64,000 nt of DNA from Planctomycetota bacterium (GCA_947501605.1 CANMWZ010000013.1:38881-102880); one strand, 5' to 3'; positions 16,391 through 26,336 are shown, counted from the first letter of the stretch. The notes: generated from the sequence alone by a model not told the origin. A program made the numbers and translations.

Positions 16391-18322
16391 TCACTGCAAG
16401 CGGAACGCGATCGAGCCAGGCGTGCCGCCGAGCGCGGACTCAACCCACACGGTCGTGTCGCCCGCCACCGGCCGGAACGGCGCAGTGTTGTTCGCTTGCT
16501 GCATCGAGAAGACACCGGTCGGATCGACCACGGCCGAGCCAAGACGGCGAGTGCGATCGCCGATGCGACCAAGATACATCGTCACTGTCTGACCAAGGAT
16601 CAGGCTCGTAGTACCGGATACGCGCCACGCGACATTCCGTTGGTTGTAGCGAGCGTCGCGCACTGTCACGACGTCTGGCGACGGCACCACGATCGGTGGG
16701 CCTTGGACATGCACAATGACCGAGTCCGACGAGATCGCGCCGGCGGCGCTGCGCACCGTGAGCGTGAACGACAGGTCGATCTGCGCACCGGCCGCAACCG
16801 TAGGGGCAAGGAACCCGGGCGCGGAAGTATCTGCACCGAGCAGCGCGACGGCGGCGCCGAGATCCTGGACCCACGCGTAGGTCGCAATCGGACCGGTGCT
16901 CGCTGCACCGCTCAGACCGACTGCCGTTCCGCTCGGTGCAATGGCGTCCGGCCCCGCATCGGCGACGACCGGCTGAACCACGCCACCTGGAACACCGACG
17001 CCCTGCACCAGCACCGGAGCCTGATCGACACCACCGTTGCTCGAGCGAACGATCACACTGGTCGGTGGGATCGCGCCAAACGGCAGACCGCAGCCACCGC
17101 TTGCTACACCTGCACCTCTAGCCACGAGAACCGCCGGCGCGCGACCGGGAATCTCGACGCTGAGAACCGGGCTGGCGACTGCGTCGCTCGACGAAGCCGT
17201 CACGACCAGATCGCCGTTCACCGTGAAGATGGCGGTCTGCACGTTGACCGCGTCGGTGATGGGCCCCTTGGTCCACACGGTCTCAGGGAAGTCCGTGACA
17301 TTGGTCACGGAGACCTGCGTCGGGATAGCGGCACCCGCGCCGAGTTCGAGGCGGGTAAAGAAGCTGCCGTTCGCACCAGAGATCATGGCCCGAGAGACGC
17401 CGCCGGCGGAGGCGACCAGTGCCTGACCTACGGCACTAGAAGCCCAGACGTCGATCACCGTCGCCTGCGCTGAACGCTCGGCGTAGACGTGCTCGACCGC
17501 AGCACCGAGCCGAGTTGCGACCTGGCCCTGGAGCACAAACGAGTTGAGTTGAGCTCGGCTCGCGCCATTGGCGTTGGCCGGGAACAGAGTGTTGGCGCCG
17601 GGACCCTCGATGCGCACGAAGTTGGTGCCGAACGGGCTACCTTGAACCGCCGTCAGAGTTCCGCCATCGCCGATGAAGGAGCCAGGAAGGTTGGCGCCGG
17701 CGAACCCGGAAGTGGCCAGGAACGAGCCGACGTTGCCCTTCAATGCCAGTGTGAAATCACCCGGCGAACCAATGCCGACATCCCGCGTGACATTGATCGT
17801 GCCCGGCAGCGGACCATCGACGCCAGCAACGAAGCTCTCGACACCGTAGGGATGCGTGATCGTGTAGCTGGCTCCGTCAACGAGTCCACTGGCTCGGATG
17901 CGGATACGGGTGAAGACGATCTGATCGCCCGCAAGCACCGACCCTCCGCCGAATGCCGCCTCGAGCGCACTGAGATAGCTGAAGCTCGCACCGGCTCCGG
18001 TCATCGTGGCCTGGGCGGCGAAGTAGAAGCTCTCGTCCGGCCAGTTGGTCGGAAACGACGGGGGCAGCGCCGGGTCTGGCAGGACCCAGAAGCAAAGGCC
18101 CGGATCCGTGCACAGACCGAGTCGCAGCCCGTTCGCGTCCTCGTAGTACACTGGGTAGCCGCTGGCTGGATCGACCGGACCGACGCGAGTCAGTCCGACC
18201 TGCGGAACTTGGGCGGACGCATGTTCGGCGGGCACAAACACGCTGGTCAGTACGACGGCAGACGTGAAGAGAGCATGGACTAGGCGCAGGGGACTGCGCG
18301 TGTCCGTTCGACGAGTGGACAT
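16391..18322 (-). CDS. secreted multi-beta-domain protein with PKD/K319L-like domain
   Basis: Signal peptide ending ASAQ; N-domain GPVDPASGYPVYYED..NWPDESFY..FTRIRIR..THPYG; PKD-like VADAGPD..LSGAASTGPIATYAWVQ..FTLTV..SDSVIV. Confidence 0.75.
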   Translation of the reverse strand: MSTRRTDTRSPLRLVHALFTSAVVLTSVFVPAEHASAQVPQVGLTRVGPVDPASGYPVYYEDANGLRLGLCTDPGLCFWVLPDPALPPSFPTNWPDESFYFAAQATMTGAGASFSYLSALEAAFGGGSVLAGDQIVFTRIRIRASGLVDGASYTITHPYGVESFVAGVDGPLPGTINVTRDVGIGSPGDFTLALKGNVGSFLATSGFAGANLPGSFIGDGGTLTAVQGSPFGTNFVRIEGPGANTLFPANANGASRAQLNSFVLQGQVATRLGAAVEHVYAERSAQATVIDVWASSAVGQALVASAGGVSRAMISGANGSFFTRLELGAGAAIPTQVSVTNVTDFPETVWTKGPITDAVNVQTAIFTVNGDLVVTASSSDAVASPVLSVEIPGRAPAVLVARGAGVASGGCGLPFGAIPPTSVIVRSSNGGVDQAPVLVQGVGVPGGVVQPVVADAGPDAIAPSGTAVGLSGAASTGPIATYAWVQDLGAAVALLGADTSAPGFLAPTVAAGAQIDLSFTLTVRSAAGAISSDSVIVHVQGPPIVVPSPDVVTVRDARYNQRNVAWRVSGTTSLILGQTVTMYLGRIGDRTRRLGSAVVDPTGVFSMQQANNTAPFRPVAGDTTVWVESALGGTPGSIAFRLQ

Positions 18323-18773
18323 GAGAGGAGAGCTAGATGGAGATGCACTCCGCCGGAATAACTGCGGGCCTCGTCAGCTGCACGACAGGGCAACTGAGAG
18401 ATGGCGGTGGCGAGACGACGCGATGGCGAAGTGCGTATCGCATGCTCATTGTCTTGGCCCGCCGCACGGGAACGCGAAAGGCATTGCCGATATCGCTGTT
18501 TGGCGGGCCGTCGATTCTGGTCGAGCCTTCTGCAATGACGCAGGCGCATCGAGGGCCCTGGTCTGATTGCCCATCAATGCACCGGGGCGCAACCGGCGAT
18601 GCGACTCACAATGCGCGCGGCACTGCAGTGGTGATGCCGCGCACAGAGAGCGACGGGGATGGTCTTCTTGCTGTCAGAGACCGGCTCTATGGATCGGGGC
18701 GGGTCGAGCGCGATTCGATGAGGCTCGCAGAAGCACCCTCGCTACGGGCAGCCTAGACCACCGATTGCCTCGG

Positions 18774-18827
18774 CGCGGACTTGGGTTTCCTCTTCGCGGA
18801 CTCGGGTTTCCTCTTCGCGGACTTGGG
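18774..18827. repeat. intergenic 21-bp tandem direct repeat, about 2.6 copies
   Basis: CGCGGACTTGGGTTTCCTCTT (18774-18794), CGCGGACTCGGGTTTCCTCTT (18795-18815), CGCGGACTTGGG (18816-18827). Confidence 0.9.
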
Positions 18828-18985
18828 GCAAACGCTCTTGAACAGCCCATGAGTCGAGGATCGTTCTCGAGGATCACACAGCTACCCGTCGACCCGACAC
18901 GCCACCGCGCCGCGCCGGCGAGACACGGGAGTTGCGATCCGACGCGCGATCGAGAGTTGTCAGATCGCCCTTCTTGAACCGACCG

Positions 18986-19651
18986 CTACCAGCTCGCGAA
19001 GTCGAGCAGGAGGCCAATCCCTGCGCCCACGGCAATGTCGCGACCTTGGTGCCTGCTACCACTGCCGACGATCGCGCCGATACCAGCGCCCACCACGGTG
19101 TTGACCGGGAAGTTGGTTTGCCGACACGACGAACCGTAGCCGTAGATCGGGTTGCCGTAGCCGTCGTAGCCGTAGCCGTAGCCGTAGCCGTAGCCGTAGC
19201 CGTAAGGGGCCACGTAAGGATCGCTGTAGACGGGGCGATCGACATAGACCGTCTGCTGCAGCGGCAGCGGCGCGTTGGTGGTGTCGGCGGCGCGACGCTC
19301 ATCTGCGGTCTGCTGCAGCCAAGCCTTGGTCGCCTCTTCGTCAGTCGTCGTCCGCAGGCCGCGCTGCCGCAGCAGGTCGCTAGGCTGCAGCGACGAATCG
19401 GAACTCGGGGCCAAGTTGCCGCGGGTCTCGGCGGCGCGCCGCTCCGCCACCTCGCCGGCGAGCCACGCCTGCGTCTTCGGGTTGTCGGCGGTCGGCTGCA
19501 CTTCGGCGGTCTCGATCGCGCGCGTTGGTAGCTGCCCTTGCGGCAACTGCAAACTGACGCCCGAGGGCGGCGGCACCGCGACGCGCGTGGAGGTCGATGT
19601 GGCAGAGCAGGCGGCTAGAGTCGTCGCGGCGATGAGAAGGATGCGTTGCAT
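18986..19651 (-). CDS. lipoprotein with (YG)n tract and C-terminal glycine-zipper
   Basis: Lipobox LAAC; PYGYGYGYGYGYGYDGYG; TVVGAGIGAIVG...IAVGAGIGLLLD. Confidence 0.8.
   Translation of the reverse strand: MQRILLIAATTLAACSATSTSTRVAVPPPSGVSLQLPQGQLPTRAIETAEVQPTADNPKTQAWLAGEVAERRAAETRGNLAPSSDSSLQPSDLLRQRGLRTTTDEEATKAWLQQTADERRAADTTNAPLPLQQTVYVDRPVYSDPYVAPYGYGYGYGYGYGYDGYGNPIYGYGSSCRQTNFPVNTVVGAGIGAIVGSGSRHQGRDIAVGAGIGLLLDFASW
19165..19204. repeat. in-frame hexanucleotide microsatellite (CGTAGC)6 encoding Tyr-Gly repeats
   Basis: Six perfect CGTAGC units at 19165-19200 plus a partial CGTA. Confidence 0.95.
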
Positions 19652-19673
19652 GTGCGAGCCTCGCGGGAGCGGG

Positions 19674-20075
19674 TTACTTGTTCCAGCTCAAGCGCAAGAC
19701 GAAATCGGCTGCTCGAGGCTGCCGCGAGAGTGCCTCGAAGTTGGACGTCCCACCCGGAGGCAGCAGCAGCACCTGACGATTGGTCTCGTCCGGCAGCGTT
19801 TGCCTCTGGCCATCGAGGAATGCGGCTTGGGCCAGGATCTGAATCGGCTCGTCATCGATGTTCCGGATCGGGACAACAATGCGCAGGAAATCACCGGGCT
19901 GGATGCGCTCAACCAGCGGGCGGCCAGCGCGAACTACCGCTTGCAGCGAAGCATCGGCGACGACGACCTGGGCGATGGCCTCGGCATCGTCTTCGATCGC
20001 GTAGGCGGCATAAGGCGGAGCGCTGCAAGCGGTGGCGAACAGCGACACGGCAAACGGGAGCAGAAGGGACTTCAT
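19674..20075 (-). CDS. ycfL: YcfL/DUF1425-like lipoprotein
   Basis: MKSLLLPFAVSLFATAC lipobox; IRN..IQI..AFLDGQ..LLLPPG..SRQPRAADFVLRL pattern; ATGA overlap with the upstream gene; synteny with lpoB. Confidence 0.7.
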   Translation of the reverse strand: MKSLLLPFAVSLFATACSAPPYAAYAIEDDAEAIAQVVVADASLQAVVRAGRPLVERIQPGDFLRIVVPIRNIDDEPIQILAQAAFLDGQRQTLPDETNRQVLLLPPGGTSNFEALSRQPRAADFVLRLSWNK

Positions 20076-21283
20076 GACGGCGACCTCGGGATGCGATCCA
20101 TACGTGGCAGGGACCGGAACAGGTAAAAGCTCTCGCCATCTGCAGGCACAGTGACCGTCCACGTCTGCGTGAGATCGGTCAGGATCTGGCCTCCAGAAGA
20201 CAGGAAATCGACGCGAACAACGTGCTCGCCGGGTTCGACCTCGAAGGCGGCGCCTTGGACCGTGGACGGCAACGTCGGCCAGTGCCGAACATCTGCGCTC
20301 GACGACGTCAACACGGACAGCAACAGTAGCCCGGCTCCGACCAGCGCTTTGTCGCGCGAGCCAGCGCGACTTTCGTCACCCGCCGCGAGAATCAGTGCTC
20401 CGACGCCAGCCGCGCGCGTGACCGACTTCAACACGGCCTTGCCCTTGCGGATGCCCTCCATCTCGGTGCCGCCGCGAGTGCGCGCTTGGTAGTCGACGTC
20501 CACCAGAGTCCATGTCGGACCACGCAGCTCGTCGTCGATCCAGATCTGGGCGCGCTGGGCGGCATGCAAGCGGGGCCGAAAGCGCGCGAGTTCTTCTTCG
20601 TCACCGGCGGCGAACTTCTCGGGACCCATGCCGATCTCGGCGAGGATCACGAGGTTGCCGGCGTTGGGCGAAGTCAGGAGCGGGTTCCCGACTTCTCCGC
20701 GCGACCCGTGCGTGCGCGCGAACTCGTCGGCCGTGACGGCCTCCTTGAAGAAGTCCTCGGCGTCAGCCGGCAAACCCATTGCGCGGCTCATGCGTCCGGC
20801 CATCCAGAACAGCAGTGTGAAGTCGGCTTGGTACTTCTCGTCCCCTGACTCGCCATCGGCCAGGATGCCCTTCTTGAATGCCGCGCGCGCGTTGTCCGGC
20901 TCGCCCTTCAGCAGATAGCACATGCCGAGATAGAAGGCGTTCATCGCCTTCTCATAGGGATCGCCGGTGTAGCCCTTGCTGCTCTCACTTCCGACGACGG
21001 CAGAAAACGTCTCGCCACCGCTCGTCTGCCAGTTGCCCATGATCCGGGCAGCGGCACCGAAGTGCTGCCAAGCGGCATCGACGTCGCCCTGGAGCAACTC
21101 GCACTGAGCGAGCACGTTGAACAGCAGGGCTTGGTTCTCGACGGCGCCCTCCGTCGCCTCCTTGCGGGCGAAGTCCGCAACGACCCCGAGATCGCCGGCG
21201 GCGAATCGGTCGATCGGAATCTTTGGCTGCGACACGCCGCAAGCAAGCAGCGCGAACAGCGGCAACAGCGAGAGTATGCGCAC
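20072..21283 (-). CDS. COG3014-like TPR lipoprotein
   Basis: Lipobox LLAC; YTGDPYEKAM, DNARAAF, ADVRHWPTLP motifs; sits between lpoB and ycfL. Confidence 0.75.
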   Translation of the reverse strand: MRILSLLPLFALLACGVSQPKIPIDRFAAGDLGVVADFARKEATEGAVENQALLFNVLAQCELLQGDVDAAWQHFGAAARIMGNWQTSGGETFSAVVGSESSKGYTGDPYEKAMNAFYLGMCYLLKGEPDNARAAFKKGILADGESGDEKYQADFTLLFWMAGRMSRAMGLPADAEDFFKEAVTADEFARTHGSRGEVGNPLLTSPNAGNLVILAEIGMGPEKFAAGDEEELARFRPRLHAAQRAQIWIDDELRGPTWTLVDVDYQARTRGGTEMEGIRKGKAVLKSVTRAAGVGALILAAGDESRAGSRDKALVGAGLLLLSVLTSSSADVRHWPTLPSTVQGAAFEVEPGEHVVRVDFLSSGGQILTDLTQTWTVTVPADGESFYLFRSLPRMDRIPRSPS

Positions 21284-21296
21284 CTTGATCGCTGAC

Positions 21297-21902
21297 TCAG
21301 CGGGTGATGACAGACTTCTCCGACTCGAACTTGGTCTCGTAGTCGTTGGTCCAAACGAGGCGCGAGGTCTCGAGGTCGGTCAGTTCGAAGGTCACGAGGT
21401 AGTAGGCGCTCTTGAGCTTGCCGGACTGCTGCACTCGGTCCTGGATGATGCCCTTCAGGACGTAGTCCGAACCAAGCACGTTGCCCTTCATCCCCTCGTT
21501 CTGCGACACCGCGCCGTTGCGCTTGGCTTCGCGTTCCTTGCGGACCGCATCGAGGCCCTCGGCGCTGCGGTCGAGGACCGTGATCTTGGCTCCGAGCGAC
21601 TTGAACAACTCGGTGCGGAGCTTGTTCAGCACGATCGTGCGGTTGATGACATCCGACGATTCGTTCTTCAGCTCGGTGATGTGGAAGGTGACCGTCTGGC
21701 CATCCGCCTGCGACGTCAGCACCCCCGAGGCACGGATGTCATCCGCCATCTTCTTGGCCATCGTCCGGATGTCCTGGCTCTGGAGGACGGCACCGCCGAC
21801 CGCATCAGGGCTATCCGGGTCGACGCGACGGTCGATCGTGCTGGAGCAGGCTGGGAGAAGGAACAGGCCGAGCAGGCCACAGCAGAGTGCAGTCGTGCGC
21901 AT
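21297..21902 (-). CDS. lpoB: penicillin-binding protein activator LpoB-family lipoprotein
   Basis: Lipobox LPAC; QDIRTMAKKM, GSDYVLKGII, YYLVTFELTDLETSRLVW. Start moved to ATG 21902. Confidence 0.75.
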   Translation of the reverse strand: MRTTALCCGLLGLFLLPACSSTIDRRVDPDSPDAVGGAVLQSQDIRTMAKKMADDIRASGVLTSQADGQTVTFHITELKNESSDVINRTIVLNKLRTELFKSLGAKITVLDRSAEGLDAVRKEREAKRNGAVSQNEGMKGNVLGSDYVLKGIIQDRVQQSGKLKSAYYLVTFELTDLETSRLVWTNDYETKFESEKSVITR

Positions 21903-22356
21903 GAACGGAATCGTGAATGCAGGTCGTTGAGCCGGGTCCGAGGTCCTCGCACGCGACCGCGCCGCACAGAGGGCGGCGCGGAGCGCGATCGGAGGCCGAA
22001 TGTTGTAACCGCGGCAGCGCCACTGACGCCATTGCTGCGAGGCACCGACTTCTCGTTTGCACGGCCCGATGCCATCAGCCCAGCGTTGCCGTCGTCGACT
22101 GTGCAACCGGGAACATGGGTCAGCGGTCGCCACGCTGTCCCCCCAACACGGGCCTCCCAATCGGCCAGCGCGCGAAGCGGATCCAGGGCGAGAGAGGGCC
22201 AAGAGCGGACTCGCAGTGGACGCTGGTGCCGGTGCGGAGCGTCCCCGATGCAGCCAGCGGTCGTCGGGGTCGACCGCAGCCGCTGGCGCTTTGGGCAACC
22301 ACTTCTAGGATGCGGTGACCCTTCTGACCGCACCCCCTTCACGCGGACTGCACCGG

Positions 22357-23268
22357 ATGTCCGAACTCGCCCGCAAAATCTCATCGGCTGTAGGTCAAGT
22401 TCTGCGCGGCAAAGACGACGCCGTCGACCTAGCCATGATCGCCCTGTTCGCCGGCGGCCACCTGCTGATCGAAGACAATCCCGGCGTCGGCAAGACACTT
22501 CTGGCTCGGTCCCTCGCGCGCGCTCTCGACCTACCGTTTCAACGCGTGCAGTGCACCGCCGACCTGCTGCCCTCCGACATCGTTGGCGGCCAGGTCTACA
22601 ACCCGCGCACGGGCGAGTTGCATTTCCGGCCAGGCCCAGTGTTCACCTCGGTGCTGCTCGCCGACGAGCTCAACCGCACGCCACCGCGCACGCAGTCGGC
22701 CCTCCTAGAATGCATGGCCGAACGCAGCGTCACCGTGGATCGGCAGACGCACGTTCTGCCGGAGCCATTCTTCGTCATCGCGACCCAGAACCCGCGCAAC
22801 GCCGCCGGCACCTACCCGTTGCCCGAGAACCAACTGGATCGGTTCCTGCTTCGGCTGCAACTCGGGTATCCGGACGCGGAACACGAGATCGATGCCGTTG
22901 CCGCCGAGGACGGTCACCGCCTCGCAAACGACGTTCGCCCAGTCGCGTCGAGCCAGGATCTGCTCGCGGCGCGGGCCAAGGTCGATGCGGTGCGTTTCGA
23001 CCGCGAGCTAACCGCCTTCGTCGTGGAACTCGCACACCGCACCCGCAGCCACGGCGAACTGTCGCTCGGCGTCAGCACGCGCGGCGCCCAGGCACTGCAT
23101 CGCGCCTGCCGGGCGCGCGCGTACGTGAACGGTCGCGACTTCGTCGTGCCCGACGACATCCGTGCGCTCCTTGGCCCCGCGTGGTCTCACCGCCTCCAAG
23201 CCCATGGCGGCGGCGATCCCGACGCCGCGCTGCACCAGATCCTCGCTTCGACTCCGCTGCCCGACTGA
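22357..23268 (+). CDS. moxR: MoxR family AAA+ ATPase
   Basis: GGHLLIEDNPGVGKT, RVQCTADLLPSD, LADELNRTPPRTQSALLE, ATQNP, GTYPLPENQLDRF. Confidence 0.95.
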   Translation: MSELARKISSAVGQVLRGKDDAVDLAMIALFAGGHLLIEDNPGVGKTLLARSLARALDLPFQRVQCTADLLPSDIVGGQVYNPRTGELHFRPGPVFTSVLLADELNRTPPRTQSALLECMAERSVTVDRQTHVLPEPFFVIATQNPRNAAGTYPLPENQLDRFLLRLQLGYPDAEHEIDAVAAEDGHRLANDVRPVASSQDLLAARAKVDAVRFDRELTAFVVELAHRTRSHGELSLGVSTRGAQALHRACRARAYVNGRDFVVPDDIRALLGPAWSHRLQAHGGGDPDAALHQILASTPLPD

Positions 23269-23273
23269 TTGCC

Positions 23274-24341
23274 ATGGCGACGCCGGGCCAGACCACCGAG
23301 ATGACCGCGCGCGGCCGGGCCGTGGCCGGACTGGCGGCTCTGGCCTTGCTGGGCTCATGGCTCAGCGGTGATCCAAGCGTTCGCCTCGCTGCGGCCCTGC
23401 TCAGTGCACCGTTACTGGTCGACTTCGCCTGTCAGCAGCGTTCGCTCGGATCCATGCGCATCCACGTCGGCCCGCGCCGGACGATCGTGGGCGCGGCCTT
23501 CCGTGAGTCGCTGCGAGTCGAGAATGTCGGCAGCACGCCACTGCGTGAGATCGTGCTGGTCGAGCGCCGAACGCGCAGCTCGCCCACGCTACTCACGCAC
23601 GCAGCCGCCGGCACAGCAGTACAGACCTCGATGTCCTGCCACAGCCCGGAACGCAGCCATCTGCTCGAGCGCGTGTTCAACCTAGCGTCCGACTGGCCGC
23701 TTGGGTTCTTCCGCACGCACGCGACCGCCGTGGTCCACACCGCATTGGTCACCGAACCACGCCGGGTCCCGCAGCACACGCTTCCACAACCAAACGTCGA
23801 CGACCATCGCACCGAATCGAGGGAACACCCGCAGCGGCCGGGCGACGAGTTTCACGCCTTGCGCGAACACCACGAGGGCGAGGATGGCCGCGGCGTACAC
23901 GCGCGTCGGTCCGCGGCACTCGGTCAATTGGTACGCACGGTCCAACGCGGTCGGGCACCAAGTGTCACTGGGATCGTGCTCGACTTGCGCCGGCCACCCG
24001 GGCGCCCGCTCAATCAGGGTCGCCTCAGGCTCGAATGGAGCCTCGGCGTCGCGGCGACTCTGGTCGAGGTCTTCCGTGACCGTGAGTGCCGCATTCGCGT
24101 CTGGGTACTCGGCACGCGCACTGTGCGCACGACGATCATCGACGCCGCGAGCAAGCTCGACTGGCTCACGTTCTTGGCTGAGGCCACCACCGGACCTCAC
24201 CGCGAGCTCGAACTCGGCGCCCTCGACGGCATCGACGAGCTCGAGGATTGCTACTGGTTGCCAGCGGGTGGTTACCGCGCACCCGAAGACCGCGAGCTGC
24301 GGCGCGGTCCGCTGCATGTGCTCGACGGGGGGCAGTCTTGA
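23274..24341 (+). CDS. DUF58 domain protein
   Basis: N-terminal TM segment; SDWPLGFF, GDEFHALREHHEGEDGRGVHARRSA; directly follows moxR. Real gene is the 3' part of ORF 21117..24341. Confidence 0.85.
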   Translation: MATPGQTTEMTARGRAVAGLAALALLGSWLSGDPSVRLAAALLSAPLLVDFACQQRSLGSMRIHVGPRRTIVGAAFRESLRVENVGSTPLREIVLVERRTRSSPTLLTHAAAGTAVQTSMSCHSPERSHLLERVFNLASDWPLGFFRTHATAVVHTALVTEPRRVPQHTLPQPNVDDHRTESREHPQRPGDEFHALREHHEGEDGRGVHARRSAALGQLVRTVQRGRAPSVTGIVLDLRRPPGRPLNQGRLRLEWSLGVAATLVEVFRDRECRIRVWVLGTRTVRTTIIDAASKLDWLTFLAEATTGPHRELELGALDGIDELEDCYWLPAGGYRAPEDRELRRGPLHVLDGGQS

Positions 24342-26329
24342 ACCACGTTGCGCGCGATCCCGTACTCGCCTCGCGACGCGTCTGCCGCTTGCTGTTGCTG
24401 GCGTGCGCGGCCATCGCGATCGCGGCTGTGCCGATCGAGTCGATGACGTGGCAGTGGCTGACCGCACTCTTGGCGCCGGCAGCGCTCATCGCCGCGCTTT
24501 CGGTCACCGAGTCGTGGCCGTTCCGGCGGGCGCTCGCACTCACGCTACTGCAGCTGTCTTCGTGCTTACTAGCGCTGCAGACTGCCGGTCCGCTGCCGCG
24601 CCCAGTCGCGCTCGCGGCGATGCTGTTGCCACCGCTCGCCTTCGTCGTCGTGCGTCGCCACGAGACCGATCGTTCGCTCGGACTCTTCTTGAGCCTATGT
24701 GTGTTGCTCGTCGGCACGATCCTGCAACCGGCCGAGCCAGCATTGGTGCTCGCCTATGTGTTGGTAGCTACGGCTCAACTCCGCTGCGATTCCCGTCTGC
24801 GCGCACTCGAGCTCTGCGCCGCGCCGACACCGAACGCCCACGCACCTCGACCCAGCATCTGGTTGCTCAGCAGCCTGCTCGGGGTGCTCTCCACTGCCGT
24901 GGCGTTCGCGGTCGACGCCGCCCTCGACCGCCTACCGGCACTCGAATCCCTGCGGGCCGCCCCCGCGCAACAGCCCGCGACCAGCAAGAAGCGCAGTACC
25001 GGCTTGTCGGATCAGTTCGAACTCGGCGGCGACGGTGTGCTCTCGAACCTCAGGGGTGAACACCTGCTCACCGCGCGCAGCACCGACAGCAGCGCCATCT
25101 CGCCGCGGCTCTACCTGCGATCGGGGTTTTTCCAGGCACCCGGCCTCGACACTTGGCAGGTCGGCACGTTGCAGCCGGATCAGCGCGACAGCAGCGCGAC
25201 CGCATGTCGTCTGCATCAGGCGGTCGCTGGCGTACCGACGCGGGTCATGCTGATTTCGCGAACTCAGTCTGCGCGCAACCTCGTGTTCGTGCCGCCAGCG
25301 ACGCACACGCTCTTGGGCATCCCCGATCTGTTGTGCGACCCCGCGACGGAGTGGTTCCGGCAACTTCGGGACGGTCACCTCGACGATTACGAAGTGCACT
25401 TCCAGGACTTGGCGCTCGACAGCCGCGACGCACGGATTGACGAGGCGTGGGCACGTCGCGGCCTGCTCGCACTACCACAGGACCTCGATCGCCGTCGTTT
25501 CGAGCCACTGCTCGCGGGCATCCATGTTGGCGATGACCCGCTGCAGAAGGCGGCGGCGATTGGCGCGATGCTACAAGAGCGTTGCCGCTACGAACGGCGC
25601 GAGCCAGGCGGGCCATACCAGAGTGCCTTGCTCAATTTCCTCTACGGGGAGCGCATCGGCTTCTGCATGCACTTCGCCTCAGCAGCGGCAATCCTGCTGC
25701 GCATGTCCTCGGTGCCCTGCCGGATCGGTGTTGGGCTCTACGGCGGTGTCGAGAGCGATCGCGGCGAACGTCGCTACGGCTCGCAACACGCCCACGCGTG
25801 GGTCGAGATCCCGATCGTCGGCCGCGGCTTCTTGGTCTTCGACCCGACTCCCCCAGCGTTGCGCGGCGCACTGCCAGAACAACCAGCCTTGGCCAGCAGC
25901 GCCGGTGACACGGCGCCCGCGACCACTGACGCCGGCAGCGATTCGGCGTTCTGGCGTGCACTCGAGGGCGCGTGGCCCTTCGTCCTGATCCTCACTGTCT
26001 TGACGCTCCCGTTCGTCCGTCGCCGCCGTCGTGCCCACGTCGCGTCACCGACCGTCGCTCGGGCGGTGTGGCCGGCGCGCAGACTGCTGCTGACGCTGCT
26101 GCAGACGCTCGCCGAGCGCGGCTATCCGCGAAGCGGAGGAGCCACGTTGGAGCAGTTCGCGCACGAGCTCGCGCGCGAAGGCGCCATTGCCGCAGACCTT
26201 CAAGCCGCACTGGTCGCGTACCAAGAGGTCCGATTCGGCGGCCGTGTCTTCACCCGCGATCACGCACTGCGGCTGCAAAAAGGTATCGCAGCCGCCGAGG
26301 TGTTGCAGCAGCGCCAAGTCGCCAACTGA
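24338..26329 (+). CDS. membrane transglutaminase-like protein (TgpA/DUF3488 type)
   Basis: Multiple N-terminal TM helices; catalytic motifs GFCMHFAS, HAHAWVE, FDPTP; TTG start overlapping the DUF58 stop. Confidence 0.85.
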   Translation: MNHVARDPVLASRRVCRLLLLACAAIAIAAVPIESMTWQWLTALLAPAALIAALSVTESWPFRRALALTLLQLSSCLLALQTAGPLPRPVALAAMLLPPLAFVVVRRHETDRSLGLFLSLCVLLVGTILQPAEPALVLAYVLVATAQLRCDSRLRALELCAAPTPNAHAPRPSIWLLSSLLGVLSTAVAFAVDAALDRLPALESLRAAPAQQPATSKKRSTGLSDQFELGGDGVLSNLRGEHLLTARSTDSSAISPRLYLRSGFFQAPGLDTWQVGTLQPDQRDSSATACRLHQAVAGVPTRVMLISRTQSARNLVFVPPATHTLLGIPDLLCDPATEWFRQLRDGHLDDYEVHFQDLALDSRDARIDEAWARRGLLALPQDLDRRRFEPLLAGIHVGDDPLQKAAAIGAMLQERCRYERREPGGPYQSALLNFLYGERIGFCMHFASAAAILLRMSSVPCRIGVGLYGGVESDRGERRYGSQHAHAWVEIPIVGRGFLVFDPTPPALRGALPEQPALASSAGDTAPATTDAGSDSAFWRALEGAWPFVLILTVLTLPFVRRRRRAHVASPTVARAVWPARRLLLTLLQTLAERGYPRSGGATLEQFAHELAREGAIAADLQAALVAYQEVRFGGRVFTRDHALRLQKGIAAAEVLQQRQVAN

Positions 26330-26336
26330 CTCCGAG

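Noticed and set aside
18486..18492. GCCGATA in the PKD gene leader
   Set aside because: Wrong strand for the PKD gene and no matching upstream element at 16 nt.
18774..18827. CRISPR array
   Set aside because: Repeats are directly adjacent with no spacers, fewer than 3 full copies, and no cas genes.
18674..18877. 67-aa ORF with SPRRGN repeats; also ORFs 18337..18756 and 18567..18977
   Set aside because: The peptide repeat is a by-product of the 21-bp DNA repeat; no convincing RBS, codon bias or protein-like composition.
18874..19531. ORFs with (TA)n or (VA)n tracts
   Set aside because: Alternative frames of the (YG)n microsatellite in the real lipoprotein gene.
21903..22356. ncRNA or riboswitch in the lpoB-moxR divergent gap
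   Set aside because: Only short GC-rich hairpins; no recognisable family motif. An Rfam scan would be needed.
21117..24341. 1074-aa ORF as a single protein
   Set aside because: The 5' two-thirds overlaps lpoB (antisense) and moxR (other frame) and is Arg/Pro-rich shadow sequence; only 23274-24341 is DUF58-like.
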